Shown: piece by piece, positions 23,683 to 35,683 of the stretch
How positions within the stretch are numbered: the stretch's first letter is position 1
Layout of the letters: every line of letters begins with the position of its first letter
Assembly (NCBI GenBank): GCA_013239625.1
Contig: MU053873.1
Span: forward strand, 2,494,524-2,558,523
Length of the DNA: 64,000 bases
Direction of reading: 5' to 3'
DNA from: Lama guanicoe
Taxonomy: Eukaryota
Translations under genes and position numbers: made by a program
Notes under the pieces: model-generated
Databases searched by the model: none
Told to the model about the DNA's origin: nothing
What the model saw: only the letters and a program-made list of their open reading frames with translations

Positions 23683-24399
23683 AATGCCGGCATCAATCTT
23701 CCTCAAGCCCCTCTTTCCAGCTCTGCCTCTCTCCCTCTCCTGTCATGTCTGTGCCTGCTGGGTGCCCCTGCAGTAGGATTCAGGACCAAGTACGTGTGCA
23801 GCAATGGGGCAAGAAGGAGAAGCAGGAAGAGGAGAAGGCTTAGCACTGAGGTGCGTCCGACTCGGTAGGGAGCTGGGAGGGAGTCCTGGATCCCCCACCA
23901 ACCTCATTTCTTATTCTCTTACTTTTTCTTTCTGAGCATATAATTCACATCAGGTATTTTACTAAGCCTTTCATGTATGTTACCCCTATTTAAAGTTCAG
24001 CTTGGGTATGACCTTCTATGGGAAATTTTCTACAATTATCAGCCCCCACTGGAAGGATTAATACTTCCCACATTTCCTCATGCCTCCTGCAAGTGATAGC
24101 AATTATCATACTGCTTTACTTGAATTAATATACCATATATCAGTAATATAACAGCTTTATGAGGTTGGATCTACTGCAGCCTAATGTTGCCTATTACTAT
24201 CCCCATTTGTCAGGTGGGTAAACTAATGCTCATGGAGGTTAAGCAATGTGCTCACAAGCAAGTGGCCCAGCCACCACTGAAACCCATCTCAGCTTGGCTG
24301 CAAAACCCAAGTCTTTCCACTGCACCAGGAGGCCTCAGGAATCAACCTGGCTGAGGAGACGAAGAGATATTTATGTGTTTAGCTGTTGATTTGCTTTGT

Positions 24400-24750
24400 G
24401 AGTTTGGAGGTCAGAAGCCCAAAATGGGTCTCACTAGGCTAAAATGAAGATGTCAGCAGGGCGGTGTCAGGGAAGAGTCAGTTCCCTTGCTTTTAAAGCT
24501 TTCAGAGGCTGCCTCACTCCTTGGCTCCTGGCCCCTTTCTCCACCTTCAAAGCCGGCAATGTCAGGCTGACTCCTTCCCATGTTGCCGTCTCTCTGATTC
24601 TCTCTTCTGCTTTTAGGAACTCTCGTGATGACACTGGGCCCACTCAGACATTCCATGATGATCTCTCTATTTTAAGGTCAGTGGATTTATAGGCTTAATT
24701 TCAGACGCAACCCTAATTCTTCTTTTCCATGTAAACTAACAGAGTTCCAA
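24400..24750 (-). mobile_element. MaLR LTR (MLT1D-like) fragment
   Basis: 'ggaggtcagaagcccaaaatgggtctcactaggctaaaatgaagatgtcagcaggg...ctgggcccactcagac'. Confidence 0.85.
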
Positions 24751-26804
24751 GCCCATAGGGTGGTGGAGGTGAGTTTCCACTCCTCAAAGGAGGTCAGGTA
24801 GTTGGGCATCCAGGCCACCAGTCAGAGAAGGCGTGGGGACTGGGGTAAAAGCCTGCTTCTGCTGAGTGTCAGAGGGCAAGCAGATTGCAGGGTAAGAATG
24901 CCCAAACCTTTCTCAACCGGCTGCATCTCTAGATCTCCCCATTCCACATACTCCTGTTCCCACCACTAAAATTTCCCCTGACCCCCCATACAACAGAGTT
25001 CCTCATGTCCCCATGGCTTTACATATGCTGTTCCTGCCTCCATGACTTTCCCACTTTCTCTGAATACTGAAACCGATTTTATCTCCCAAGTCTCTGTGAT
25101 GCAAGTGAGACGTGGCTCCTCCTAACCACATTGTTCCCTTCTCTCTCAATTCTGAGTTTGGTGGTTATCAACAAAGATACTTCAACCAATACACAGATCT
25201 GCTTGGGTTAAGAATCACCGTCATTACATTAGAAAATTCTGGTGTGATTCTGAAGAAACAGAACTTTCCCTGAATGTAACTTTTTAGCCAGTATCCATCC
25301 TAGACTCAGAAAATTTAAGTTACTGACTGACAAAGACACAGCACAACCCTATTCCTGTCTCAGAGTGTTTCTAAAATTAGACCGAACGTTGTGCTAACCG
25401 CCAAAGCTAAAATCAAAATGATGGATTCCTCTTAGGAAGCCAATCCTAAAATGTTTCCTCTCCTGGCAGTCAGAAAACTCACTCTCGATTTGTACTGTTA
25501 TGATCCTTGTAATTACTTTTCACAATTACATTGTGACTACCCTTCACCTTGGAGGAAATATGAGAAACGCTGACCTCACTTGGAGTCACTTCCTGTCTCA
25601 GCTCCAAGACCTGTAGATACTTCCGGTGAGGGGAGAGCCAATTCCAGCAGAGCTGGGCTGACAACCCCTTCTGGGTTGAAGATGGACTTCGTTAGCAGGG
25701 GGAGGACGAGGCTCTGGTGAATCAACATGGAAGACCTTGTGTCCCACCCTAGCCCTTATTTTCTGTTTTCCCTCTGGCCAGTCCAGATTTTATATAAAAG
25801 AAATAAATCTTTGACTACGTGAATGTTTAGAGTAATCCAAATGCCTAGGAGACACACTTAATTGGTGGCCACTTCCCCTCAGATCTAAGTTATTCTGGAA
25901 TTATTGGAATCCTGCAAACACTGGAGCACCTCTCATGCTGACAGCCGAAAAACTTAAACATGGAAATTTCTATTCTGTAGACAGCATTCTCCATAGAATG
26001 CTGTATCCCTGACCCTGATACTTGGTCCTGACATCCCCACTACTACCAGATGCAGGACCCTGGGCAAATCACTTCCTTTCTCCCAAAGAGAGAGTCATAG
26101 CAATTCCTGCATAAGGATGTTGGGATGATTCAAGGAGGTAAGTACAAGGGTTAGCATACAGGAATGTTTCCTTCCTGGCCAAGGTGGAACACATGGAATT
26201 TTACACGTCCTACCACCACCCTTACAGTGCTCAGCCAGCACCTGGTTCTCCGAGGGACAGGAGGAAATAAAAGGCAGAGTAAGTCAGTCACTAAATGTCA
26301 GTGACTTCTCCTGAGTTTTGCTTTCCCCTATGCTGCCAACCAGCTGTGTGACGTTGCAAAAATTGCTTAACTTCTCTGAGTCATTTTTCCATAATGTGTA
26401 CAAGTAAACCCACACCTCCCCTAGAGAGTTTTGAGGATCAAATGATTTAACATGTTGAAACATTCTGAGAACTAGCACAGCCTCCCACCCTGAAGAAGTC
26501 ACGAGTGACCAATAACAGTGTCATGTATTGCTTTCCAAAAGTATCTTAAAAGAGGACTCATATGGGGCATTTGTAACCCCCTAAAAGAATTCCTATGTAC
26601 TGGTGAGATCTGGGCTGTGTAGCAGGTAGGAGAGAGGAGCATATCTGGGGACAGGAATTCAGCACCTCTTTTATCAAATGAGGTCTTTGCCTACCTTCTC
26701 TTCCCCATGATCACCTTGGGCCAAACCCCAAGTCCACTGCAGCCCTCTCCAACTTCCAAAGTTCCCTTTGAACATCAGCATCCAGCCACATTCACAAGTG
26801 TAGC

Positions 26805-27170
26805 CCTGGCTGAATGCTACAATCAGCTGGGGGAAGGGAACTTAAGGTGAAAAACTAAGGCTCAGTTCCTACCCTGCCCCCAGATTCTTGAGTTGGTCAG
26901 AAGCAGTAGTTCTCAACTTGGGGTGAGTCTGCCATCCAGGAGTTGTTTTTATTCATCACGAGACTAGGACATTGCTGCTGGCATCTTCAGAGTAGAGTCC
27001 AGGGATGCTGCTCAACACCACTCAAAGCACACAACAGCCCCCCGCCACAAAGAATTATTCTGCCCAATATGTCAACCGCAGTGAGCTGGAGAGACACTGG
27101 TCTGGGGTGAGGCCCAGTCATTGGTATGTTTGGAAATCTCTTCAGGTGATTCTAATGAGAGCGACTGGGT
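26805..27170. mobile_element. MER5-like MITE split by a MER20 insertion
   Basis: halves 'ctggctgaatgctacaatcagctgggg...ccagattc' and 'gtctggggtgaggcccag...caggtgattctaatg' flank MER20. Confidence 0.65.
26904..27099 (+). mobile_element. MER20 hAT-Charlie MITE
   Basis: 'cagtagttctcaac...gctggcatc...ccagggatgctgctcaacacc...cacaaagaattattctgcccaatatgtcaa...cactg'. Confidence 0.88.
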
Positions 27171-27322
27171 TAATCAAAAGCTCAGCAATTAGCCTGGGGG
27201 AATTAGAGGCTTTTAGATGAAGCCTCTATAATCAGCCACCTGTTATTAAATCATCAATAGCTGTGGCCAAATTAAACCCAGAGTTAAAAGAGTGCTTCAA
27301 GCATTGACTTAGCCATTTCTGC

Positions 27323-27437
27323 TAAGGAGACCAACCATCCAGTTTTTCCAGGATCAAGGGAGTTCCCAGGGTATGAGACCTTTCAGTTTTCAAACTGGGA
27401 CAGTTCCATGAACACCTGAGACAGGCTGGTCACCCTC
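27323..27437. mobile_element. MER81-like hAT-Blackjack MITE with perfect 8-bp TSD
   Basis: termini 'taaggagaccaacc' / 'ggctggtcaccctc'; TSD ATTTCTGC at 27315-22 and 27438-45. Confidence 0.85.
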
Positions 27438-27617
27438 ATTTCTGCCTCTCTCTTGTATCCTCCACTATCTATCTACCCACTATTTATTAAGTTTGTACAG
27501 CATGCCAGGCCTAACGAACTCTTCCCCCACATCAGCTCATGTCATGCTCATAACCCTGACAGGCAGATGTTAAAACTATTTCACAGGAATCCAGGGGTTA
27601 AAACACTTGACCACAGA

Positions 27618-27731
27618 GGTCACTCCGATAATTAAGTGTTAGAGTTAGGACTCAAACCCTGGTCTACCAACATCGGTCACTCCGATAGTTAAGTGTTAGA
27701 GTTAGGACTCAAACCCTGGTCTACCAACATC
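27618..27731. repeat. 57-bp tandem duplication inside a MIR
   Basis: 27618-27674 and 27675-27731 differ at one base (gataAtt/gataGtt). Confidence 0.97.
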
Positions 27732-28589
27732 GTGGTCCTCACGAAGCCACACTGTCTCCTTTGCTGAGTGATTTGATTTCCATGACAGGCTCAGGCACGC
27801 AAATCCCCGTATGACAGAAACGCCACTTGCAGGTTCTGCAGAACCTCTGGTGTTTACATTGATCCCATCCTAGGGGCATTCATTTCCAGGTTAGGGCCCA
27901 GCCAATTGAAAAGAAAAAAATGAAGGCCCTGAAGATGACCCACAGCCAAAACTAATTACAAAGGCATCTCAGGATTACTGCAATGCTGAGGACTTGCAGG
28001 TGAATGAAACAGCAAAGAAAGCCATCTTGGGTCCCCATTCCAGTCCTCCTGCATCTCACATCCGTACTCCTGAAAGTGCAGGTGACACTATCCATGGTAC
28101 AGAGAAGGAAACTGAGGCCAGAGAGGTGAACACCAAGACCTTCTTCCCGGTAAGGGGCAAATCAAGGCTAGAACCCATGTCTGTTTACTCCAATGCCTGT
28201 GCTTTTAGCATTTTACTCCACAACATGTGAGGAAGCCTGACTTCTTGTTGATTTAGCAGCCCAGCGTGGGCAAAGCGCCCCTAACAAATCCCAGAAGATT
28301 GTCTCGGGGAGGTGTTCATGTTGTGCAAACAGTGTTAACACATGTCCTGGGCTTTGCAGCATCGTTTCAAATGTTGACGAGGCCCATTAAAGAATTCCGA
28401 GAGAACAAGCTGCCTTATGTGGAGCAGGTACTGGGTTCAGAACGGCTGGTGTGGTAACAGACCGTGTGGCTATCCAGGCACCACATGGTCACATGCTCCA
28501 CCCATGTGCATGGGGCCCTGGGCACACCCATGTGCACGCACCTGCCATCCTCACCACCCCCTTCCCAGGCGCACCCGTCAAGGTACGAA

Positions 28590-28870
28590 CACTGCAGTGC
28601 CCTGTGCATTTGTATGAAATGGTATTTTATTAAATAAACAAACTGAAGCCATTCCTGTAGATTTATGAACAGTTCCTCAAGTCTCACTTGTTCGACCGAC
28701 TGCGGATTTACAGCCTTGCATTAACCTCGTGAGCGCTCATAACGTTTACTAAGATAATGTTGGCAGGAGGGAGAAGGGATTTTTATAGCCGAGTAATAAT
28801 TACAAAATGCAGGGAGTGCTCTGCTTGGGAACCTGTTTATTAGTTATGCTGGGTGCATGGTCAATGGTGG
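28590..28870. promoter_or_regulatory. candidate enhancer / CNE
   Basis: unique AT-rich island retaining CpGs; ATAAACA 28634, AGATTTATG, GGATTTAC, TAATAATTA. Confidence 0.5.
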
Positions 28871-29509
28871 GGCTGCACATTCCACACAGGTGGAGATCAG
28901 TCCCTTCCCAGCAAGCCGGCGTTACCGCCATGGCTCCTCTGGAGTCTAGTTTACACTTTTAGAGTGTGTGTCACCAGTGCAACCGGGCACCAGCACTGTA
29001 GGGACAGCTGCTCAGATGGCCCCTGATTCACACTTTCCCCATCTCGCCACAGAGGGTACCCCAAGCGCATCCTTAGAAGCTGGAAAGGGGGTGCTGCCCC
29101 TGGGGTGCAGCATCTCTTTCCCCTCAGAGAGCAAGTGAGTGGGTCTTCAGGCTCTTGCATTTTGTTCTGTGAAAAGGAAGAAATGCATCCTCTTAGGCAT
29201 TCAGTGCATGGTGGCACTGGACACTGGAGGGGAACTGAGAAAGAGTCTTACAAAATGGTCAGGAAATATGAAAGGAATACACAACTGAGAAGTATCAGTA
29301 ATAAGAACTGCCACAATCTGGCTGCATATAAGAACCAAGAGGGGCGGGGGTTTAAAGCTACAGATGCCTGGACCCAACTAATTAAACTCGACCTTCAAGG
29401 AATGCCATGAACATTATGTCCTTCCAAACTTCCCAGGGATGCGGGTGCACAGAAAGGCTTTAGGACCAGCAGATCAACCCTACACAGTGCTTCCCTATTA
29501 TTATGGTCT

Positions 29510-29677
29510 AGTTTGATGCTCAAAGGGTGGTGTCCACAAACCAGCAGCATCCACCTCACCTGGGTGCTAGCTGGAAATGCAGAATCTCAGGCCCCATCCC
29601 TGACTTGCTGAATCAGAATCTCCATCCAACAAGATCCCTGTGTGATCCCTGTAAGCATTCAAGTGTGAGAAGTGCTA
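29510..29677. mobile_element. MER5A/B MITE
   Basis: 'ccagcagcatc...gaaatgcagaatctcaggccccatccctgacttgctgaatcagaatctc...aagtgtgagaagtgct'. Confidence 0.88.
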
Positions 29678-30554
29678 CAATGTACTTAGCATTTGAACCT
29701 CAGAAATGCCATTTCCCTAACCCAAACTAGGTAGAAGAGCCACCGGTTGGTGTCACCATTTTGTAGGGGAAGAAACTTAGGCTCAGAGAGGTCTAGCCAC
29801 CAGCCCAAGCTCACAGAGCCAGGACCCGAGGCCAGTTGCATATGCCAGCTTCGTCCTTTGGCATCTCAAGCTCACACACAACACACAGCCACCAATGGAG
29901 GAAATCTAGCACCGTGGCAGGTGCTTGTGGGCAGGAGCTGAAAATGAGAGCTGGAAGAGAGGGGCACCCTGGGGAAGGGGCTCTATGAGTCCTTGTCAAT
30001 TAGTCACCCAACCTACTGCAGCTAGCAGAGTGGGGCCGTCTTCCCGCCACCCCCTCCACTGCCTCTGCCCTCTCTCCCTTCCCCTTCCAGAGCCTTCTTG
30101 AGATTTAAAACTCAAACAAGAGGGTATGAATAATGTAGTGCGATTGCTCCTCTCGGCTCCCCCAATCCTCAGAGGGTGAGCAAGGCTCCTTGTCTGCCTC
30201 ATTAGTGGCCGTTCAACCATTTGATTTCCGTAACAATGAGTGTGCCTTCCTCGGAATTTTCATACCTATTTGCGTCACCGGAGTCAACACTGAATTTTTG
30301 AATCCACATGAAATTTTAATAGAGCGATCTGCATACCATACACTCTCTCCACCATGCCTACTGCCCCAGCCCGGATCCTGACAAGCAAGGAGAGGGGCTG
30401 AAGAAAGACTAGTCACAGAAAAGTGGGTGAGAACCTAGTAGACTCCCACCTTGGAGACTGGGTGGGGCAGGGGGTCAAAGGGAGGCCCCCAAGGGTAGAG
30501 AGGGTCCTTCTGGCTAAGCTCCTGGCACCCAGAGTGAGCAGCTTCCAATTTTAG

Positions 30555-30790
30555 GTTAAGGGTTAAGAAGCCTTAAGCTTCACAATTCCCTGGCTGTGTG
30601 ATCTAAGGTAAGCTGCTCTACCTCTCTGAGCCTCAGTTTGCTCCCTTGTAAAACAAGGATTATAACAGAGAGCTGTTGCTGGAATTAAATGAGGTAATCC
30701 AGATAGCTCCCTTAGCCCAGTGCCAGGCACCGGATAGTCACCTAATGCTATGTAGGTGTTATTAACAATAATAATAATATTATTATAAGT
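30555..30790 (+). mobile_element. MIR SINE
   Basis: 'ctctctgagcctcagtttgctcccttgtaaaacaaggatt...attaaatgaggtaat...cagtgccaggcac'. Confidence 0.85.
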
Positions 30791-31099
30791 TTCCCTCCTT
30801 TTTTCACCCTACACATATGACTGGAATTTTGTACTCTGCAAAACATGATCGTGTCTGCTTTTTCTTATTTGGCACTTTGGATTTGGTAGCAGAGACCTGG
30901 ATTGGTCCCAGCTTCACTTATTACAAATAATATAACATAAGGGAAGTGACTTCACCTCCCTGGGCCTCAGTCTTCTCAGCTATGTAATGGGGAGGATAAA
31001 TCCCACTTTTTAGGATTATTGTCAGGATTCAGTAGCAGAGGCATGGAAGGTGCCCGTCCTCAAGCCTCACAAGGGGAAGAAGCCACACACAGGAGGATG

Positions 31100-31198
31100 C
31101 TCTTGATTCTAAGCACACTTTTTTTTTCATATGTTAGCATCTCTCAATCCAGAGTACATCTTGCCACTGTGACAGCATCTTAGAGTTGATGAAATATA
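31100..31198. mobile_element. MER104-like TcMar MITE
   Basis: 'gattctaagcacacttttt...catctctcaatcc...catcttagagttgatgaaata'. Confidence 0.55.
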
Positions 31199-32654
31199 AT
31201 GATAATTGTTTCAGCGGAGGACATTCATTGTGCACTAGCCCGTGTGCCAGGCATGTGCTATAAGCTGCAGAGGAGCTTGCTCATGGAATCCCTACAATAA
31301 TCCAGAGGGACACACGTTATTTCTAAACATGCTTTGAGGACGGGGGATGGAACCACCAAGAGGTGATGCAGCGTCCGCTGGGTGACACAGCTGGTGAGGG
31401 AAGCACAGGTTTGCAAGACAGAGCTTCTCATCTTAGGAACTGTGTTCTGCCGACTCTGTCCCATCCCCACTGGACAGCTAAGGAGAGGGAGGGCCGGGGA
31501 GATGCAGCCATTTGCCCAGAGCAGCATAACCAGTAAGTGCAGAGCTAAGGTGGGAACCCAAGTTCATGGGACCACAAATGCTGAGCTCTCTCTGCTAGGA
31601 CCACACCACGACAGGGAGATGATGGAGCAGTCCCTTCACTGAGCAGCTTGGGTACAGTTTGGGACACCCTTGCCAAAGCCTCAAGACAGGATTCTAGTTT
31701 CCAGGGGTCTCGCAAGTGGTGCCACGTCTCCAGGCCTCACTTTCCCACCTGTACGGTGGAGGTGACAATCCCAACCTCACAGAAGTGTTGTGACGATTAA
31801 GTGGAGCGATGCACAGAAGTAGGCTCTGTGAGCCACAGGAAACCCTCAGATGCGAGTGATGACTGAGGACAGAGAAAGGCAGGTGGCCTGGGAGCTGGAG
31901 AGGGGGCAGGACCTCACGGCTGGTAAGAGCAACAAAGGGGTCTCCACTCCCTTTTGCACCACTGGCCTCCTTCCTAGGGGGTCCCCAGAATAGAAACCCC
32001 ACCACCACCACCCCGTCTGACACAAAGATGGGGGTGATGTGAAACAGCCCCGACTCCACCCCCTGCTGCCCAATATTTCTCACCCAGTGTAATGAAATGG
32101 AAGGAATTTCTGCTGAGAATGGTGATTACTAACCTGCCAAGATGAGTGAGAAAAATCAATTCAGAGAGTGCAGGAGGGTAGGGACTCGCTGAGAGGGGAA
32201 GCACTGGAGGGAGGAGGAGTCGGGAAGGAGAGACAGAAGAAGACTGACCAGAAGAGGGGAGAGAGACAGACAGACAAACAGACAGACCACAGTCCTATTT
32301 AGTGACGACAGACTTCAGGGGGATTGATTCTCAATATTCACCCGCCATTTCTCTCTTCAGTGACAAGACAAGGAGACTGAGGAAGCATGCTCAAGAGGCA
32401 AACACGTGCTTCACACAGAGATTCAGTGTGGGGGGGTGGGGTACCAAGATTCTGCATTTCTAACCAGTCCTGGGGGTGCTGATGCCACTGTCCTGGGGAC
32501 CAGACTTGGTTGAAGACAGAAGCAGTGAACTTGACAATTTGTGAATCTATGCCACAATTCTTTCCCAAGTGCCTACTACGTTTTCAAATGGAGAGCACAC
32601 AAACACACAGCAGGCTGCACTGAATGTTACTGGAGTAAAGTCTCCAGCAGTGAA

Positions 32655-33122
32655 TTGTTTTACTGAGGTGAAGTTCACATGACGTAAAATTAACCCCTTT
32701 AAAAAGTGTCCAATTTCGTGGTATTTAATACATTCTCAGTGTTGTGTGACCATCATCTCTATGCAGTTCCAAAACATTTTTATCACCCCAAAACGAAACC
32801 TTATATCCACTAAATAGTCACTTCCTGTTCTGTCCTCCCCCCAGACCCTGGCAACCCCCAATCTTCTTTCTGTTTGTGTGGATTCACATACGTGACCTTT
32901 TGTGTCTGGCTTCTTGCACTTAGTATCAGATAAGTACTTGCACACGAATGTTCATAGCAGCATTTTTCACAATATCTGAAAAGTGGAAATAACCCAAATG
33001 TCCATCAACTGATGAATTAATAAACAAAATGTGGTATATGTTTACACAATGGAATATTATTCAGCCATTAAAAGAACAAAGTGCATGCTATAACGTGGAT
33101 GAACCTTTAAAACATTATGCTA
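32655..33122 (-). mobile_element. L1MB-like insertion with 5' inversion
   Basis: 32655-~32926 is an L1 3' end on the minus strand; ~32927-33122 is the adjacent upstream L1 segment on the plus strand. Confidence 0.8.
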
Positions 33123-33724
33123 TATAATTAATTTTGAGATGATGTTTCTTCCCTTTATGGCTCCTCAGTGACCCAACCCAAGGGTCATCACTTCCCACTC
33201 CAAAAAAAATATAGGCTGAGCATCCATGATGGGTGGGATGCTGGGCACATCGGGGTCAAAGGTCGGTCAGACCGAGATTGGCACTTGGCTCCTTACTGAC
33301 TTGCCCTATGACTTTAGGCAAGTTTCTTCCCTCCTGCAAGGCTTGCACTTCTCATCTATAAGATAGGATTCAAGGTTTCTCGTGGGTTGGCCCAAGACTT
33401 CCATTAGGTGAGGGTGAGAACTCTGGGTTCTCTGGATGAGTGACAGTTACTGTCACCACAAATAAGGGGGAACTTCAGAACCTTCCACCAACTGTAGAGT
33501 TTGGGAGGCAGGACACCAATGATAGAGATTTCACAACACAAGCCAAATGCCAGTGGCAGTGGAGGATCGCAGGGAGTGGCTGCTGTCACATAAAATCCAA
33601 ATTCCTGCTCATGATGCACCAAACACTCATCCAGCCCAACTCCCTCACTTCATAGATTAAGAATCAGAGACCCAGGGAAGAGAAGCAATTTTCCCAAAAT
33701 CTAACACAGACTGTCATTTGTTAC

Positions 33725-33975
33725 TGATCTCCAGTTAAGACGGTGGATTGAACACACCTCTTTAATATATTTCCCTCCCCCAAACCCAATAAAATTACAA
33801 TAAAGGAATTTTTTCAAGGAATAAATATCTAAGGACAGAGCACACTGGGGAAAAGACAATAGCCATAAGGTTTAGAAATTGGAAAGAAGGTGAACAGTGA
33901 TAATTGACTTAGCAGTTACAACATAGCTCAATCCTAATCCAGCAATGGCGATGCTGAGGACCAACCCAATTGGAA
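33725..33975 (+). mobile_element. HAL1 / old L1M 5'-end fragment
   Basis: 'ctccagttaagacggtggattgaacacac...gaaattggaaag...gtgataattgacttagcag'. Confidence 0.55.
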
Positions 33976-34749
33976 CCTGTTTGTTATGGCATCTAATTAT
34001 CCTTCCTTTGTTAGCTTATTAGTACACACCCAGAACAAGATGAATGCAGCTCCCCAGACCATGCCCTCAAGTAGCCTGTGATCTTTTGGGGGCAACACAG
34101 AAGCAAAGCAAACACGGCAATGTGTGTGTGGGGGGGAGACAGAGAGAGAGAGAGAGAGTGTGTGTGTGTTTGACAGGAGACTCCCCCAAAATCATCTCTT
34201 TGGGAGGACAGAGGGATGAAGGCTGCAAAGGACAGAGGAGTTGGAGCTGGTTACCAAAGAATGGCCACAAGGAGAAAGAGGACGGGGACAACTCCAGCTG
34301 CAGGAACACACATGCAAAAGCAAGACGGAGTAAGAATATAAAAGTTTCAGAGTGCTGCAAGTGACTCGGAGTAGGTGAGGCCAGAGACACCCTTAGGTAC
34401 CAGATCTCGACAGAGCTGAGAAGCCAGAACCCCGGGGTCCTAGGGAGCCACTGAAAGTTTCAGAGCAGTGGAATGACAAGGTTCCAGAAGACCACTCTTA
34501 TGAAGTTGGAACAGAGGAGCCATTCGAATCCCCATTTATGTCTCAAATTCCCCTCCTTCATCCTTTCTGCCTCAAGCTTTAATTCAACACCTACTGTGTA
34601 CACAACTCTATACTGGGTACCTGAGACCCCGGGGCCAGTACACTCACAGCACAACACACACACACACACACGAGAGCATGGCACGATCAGTCCCAGGCAG
34701 CAGTAACTAGGCCCTGTCTACATCTGCCATCTCCCGTTGCTTGGAAAGG

Positions 34750-35090
34750 ACTTCCCACCGAGTGTCAAATGTGCACCTGCCGGCTGGCCGGCACACTCAC
34801 ATAAAAGTCTCTGGGAAAAAAATGGATTATATTCATTCTCTTAACCTCACCCCAACCCGAACATAAATCGTCTCTGTTTATAACACTTCTGGCATTTTGT
34901 GCATTTTGCCGAGTGACATAAAATGACAATAAATTTCGGCCCCACCAGCAGAAAAGTACCTAAAATGCCACATGTCACTAATATTGACAGGTTCTAAAAG
35001 TAAAACTTGGAAATGGTTCAGGCGACATAAATTAAAATAAAAATATATACTTTGTCCTTGAGAGAGAATCAGCTAAAATTAAACCTCTGT
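34750..35090. promoter_or_regulatory. candidate HOX/CDX-MEIS enhancer / CNE
   Basis: four ACATAAA and five TGACA/TGTCA sites in ~300 bp of unique sequence. Confidence 0.55.
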
Positions 35091-35235
35091 GTGGGTGGGA
35101 TGTCCAGGAATATGAGGGAGAGAATTATCAGGGGTGCCTGTTTCAGAACAGAGTCCCAGACTAGGAGGCTGAGAAGGACTCAAAGGAAACCCAAGCCGGG
35201 CCCTTGATAGAAAAAAAAAAAGGACTATTCTTAGA

Positions 35236-35465
35236 GCAGCACTTCTGATTCTGTGGCCACCACCTTCAGATGGCCGTTCAAATTTAAATATAAATTAATA
35301 CATTTAAATACATGGCTATGCATATCTAAATTTAAATGCAATTAAAATTCAGCTCCTCATTTGCTCAGCCACATTTCAAGGGCTCCATAGCCACATAAGG
35401 CTAGCAGCTATTGTGTTGGACAGCAGATCGAGAACAACGTCACAGAAAGTTGTATCAGACAGGTC
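35236..35465. mobile_element. MER3/MER33-like MITE
   Basis: 'aattaaaattcagctcctc...agccacatttcaagggctccatagccacat...ttggacagc'. Confidence 0.8.
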
Positions 35466-35656
35466 TGTCTTGGAGCAAAAGCATCTCGGCTGCTCTCCAG
35501 GGCAACTGACACCTGTGAATTTCCTTTCTTCTGATTTTCTCAGCCAGTCCCCCTTGATTTCTTCCTTTCCTTCTCTCTCTGGCATACTGTCTGCCGGCCT
35601 CTGGCCCCTTTCTCTGCTTCTCTCTTCTAGTTCCCTTTCTTTCTTTTTCCTCCTCC

Positions 35657-35683
35657 TTTTTTTTTTTTTTTTTTTTTTTTTTT
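35657..35683. repeat. poly(T)27 tract in a pyrimidine-rich run
   Basis: uninterrupted T run. Confidence 0.95.

Noticed and set aside
27618..27731. CRISPR-like repeat
   Set aside because: Two abutting copies with no spacers, in a eukaryotic MIR context.
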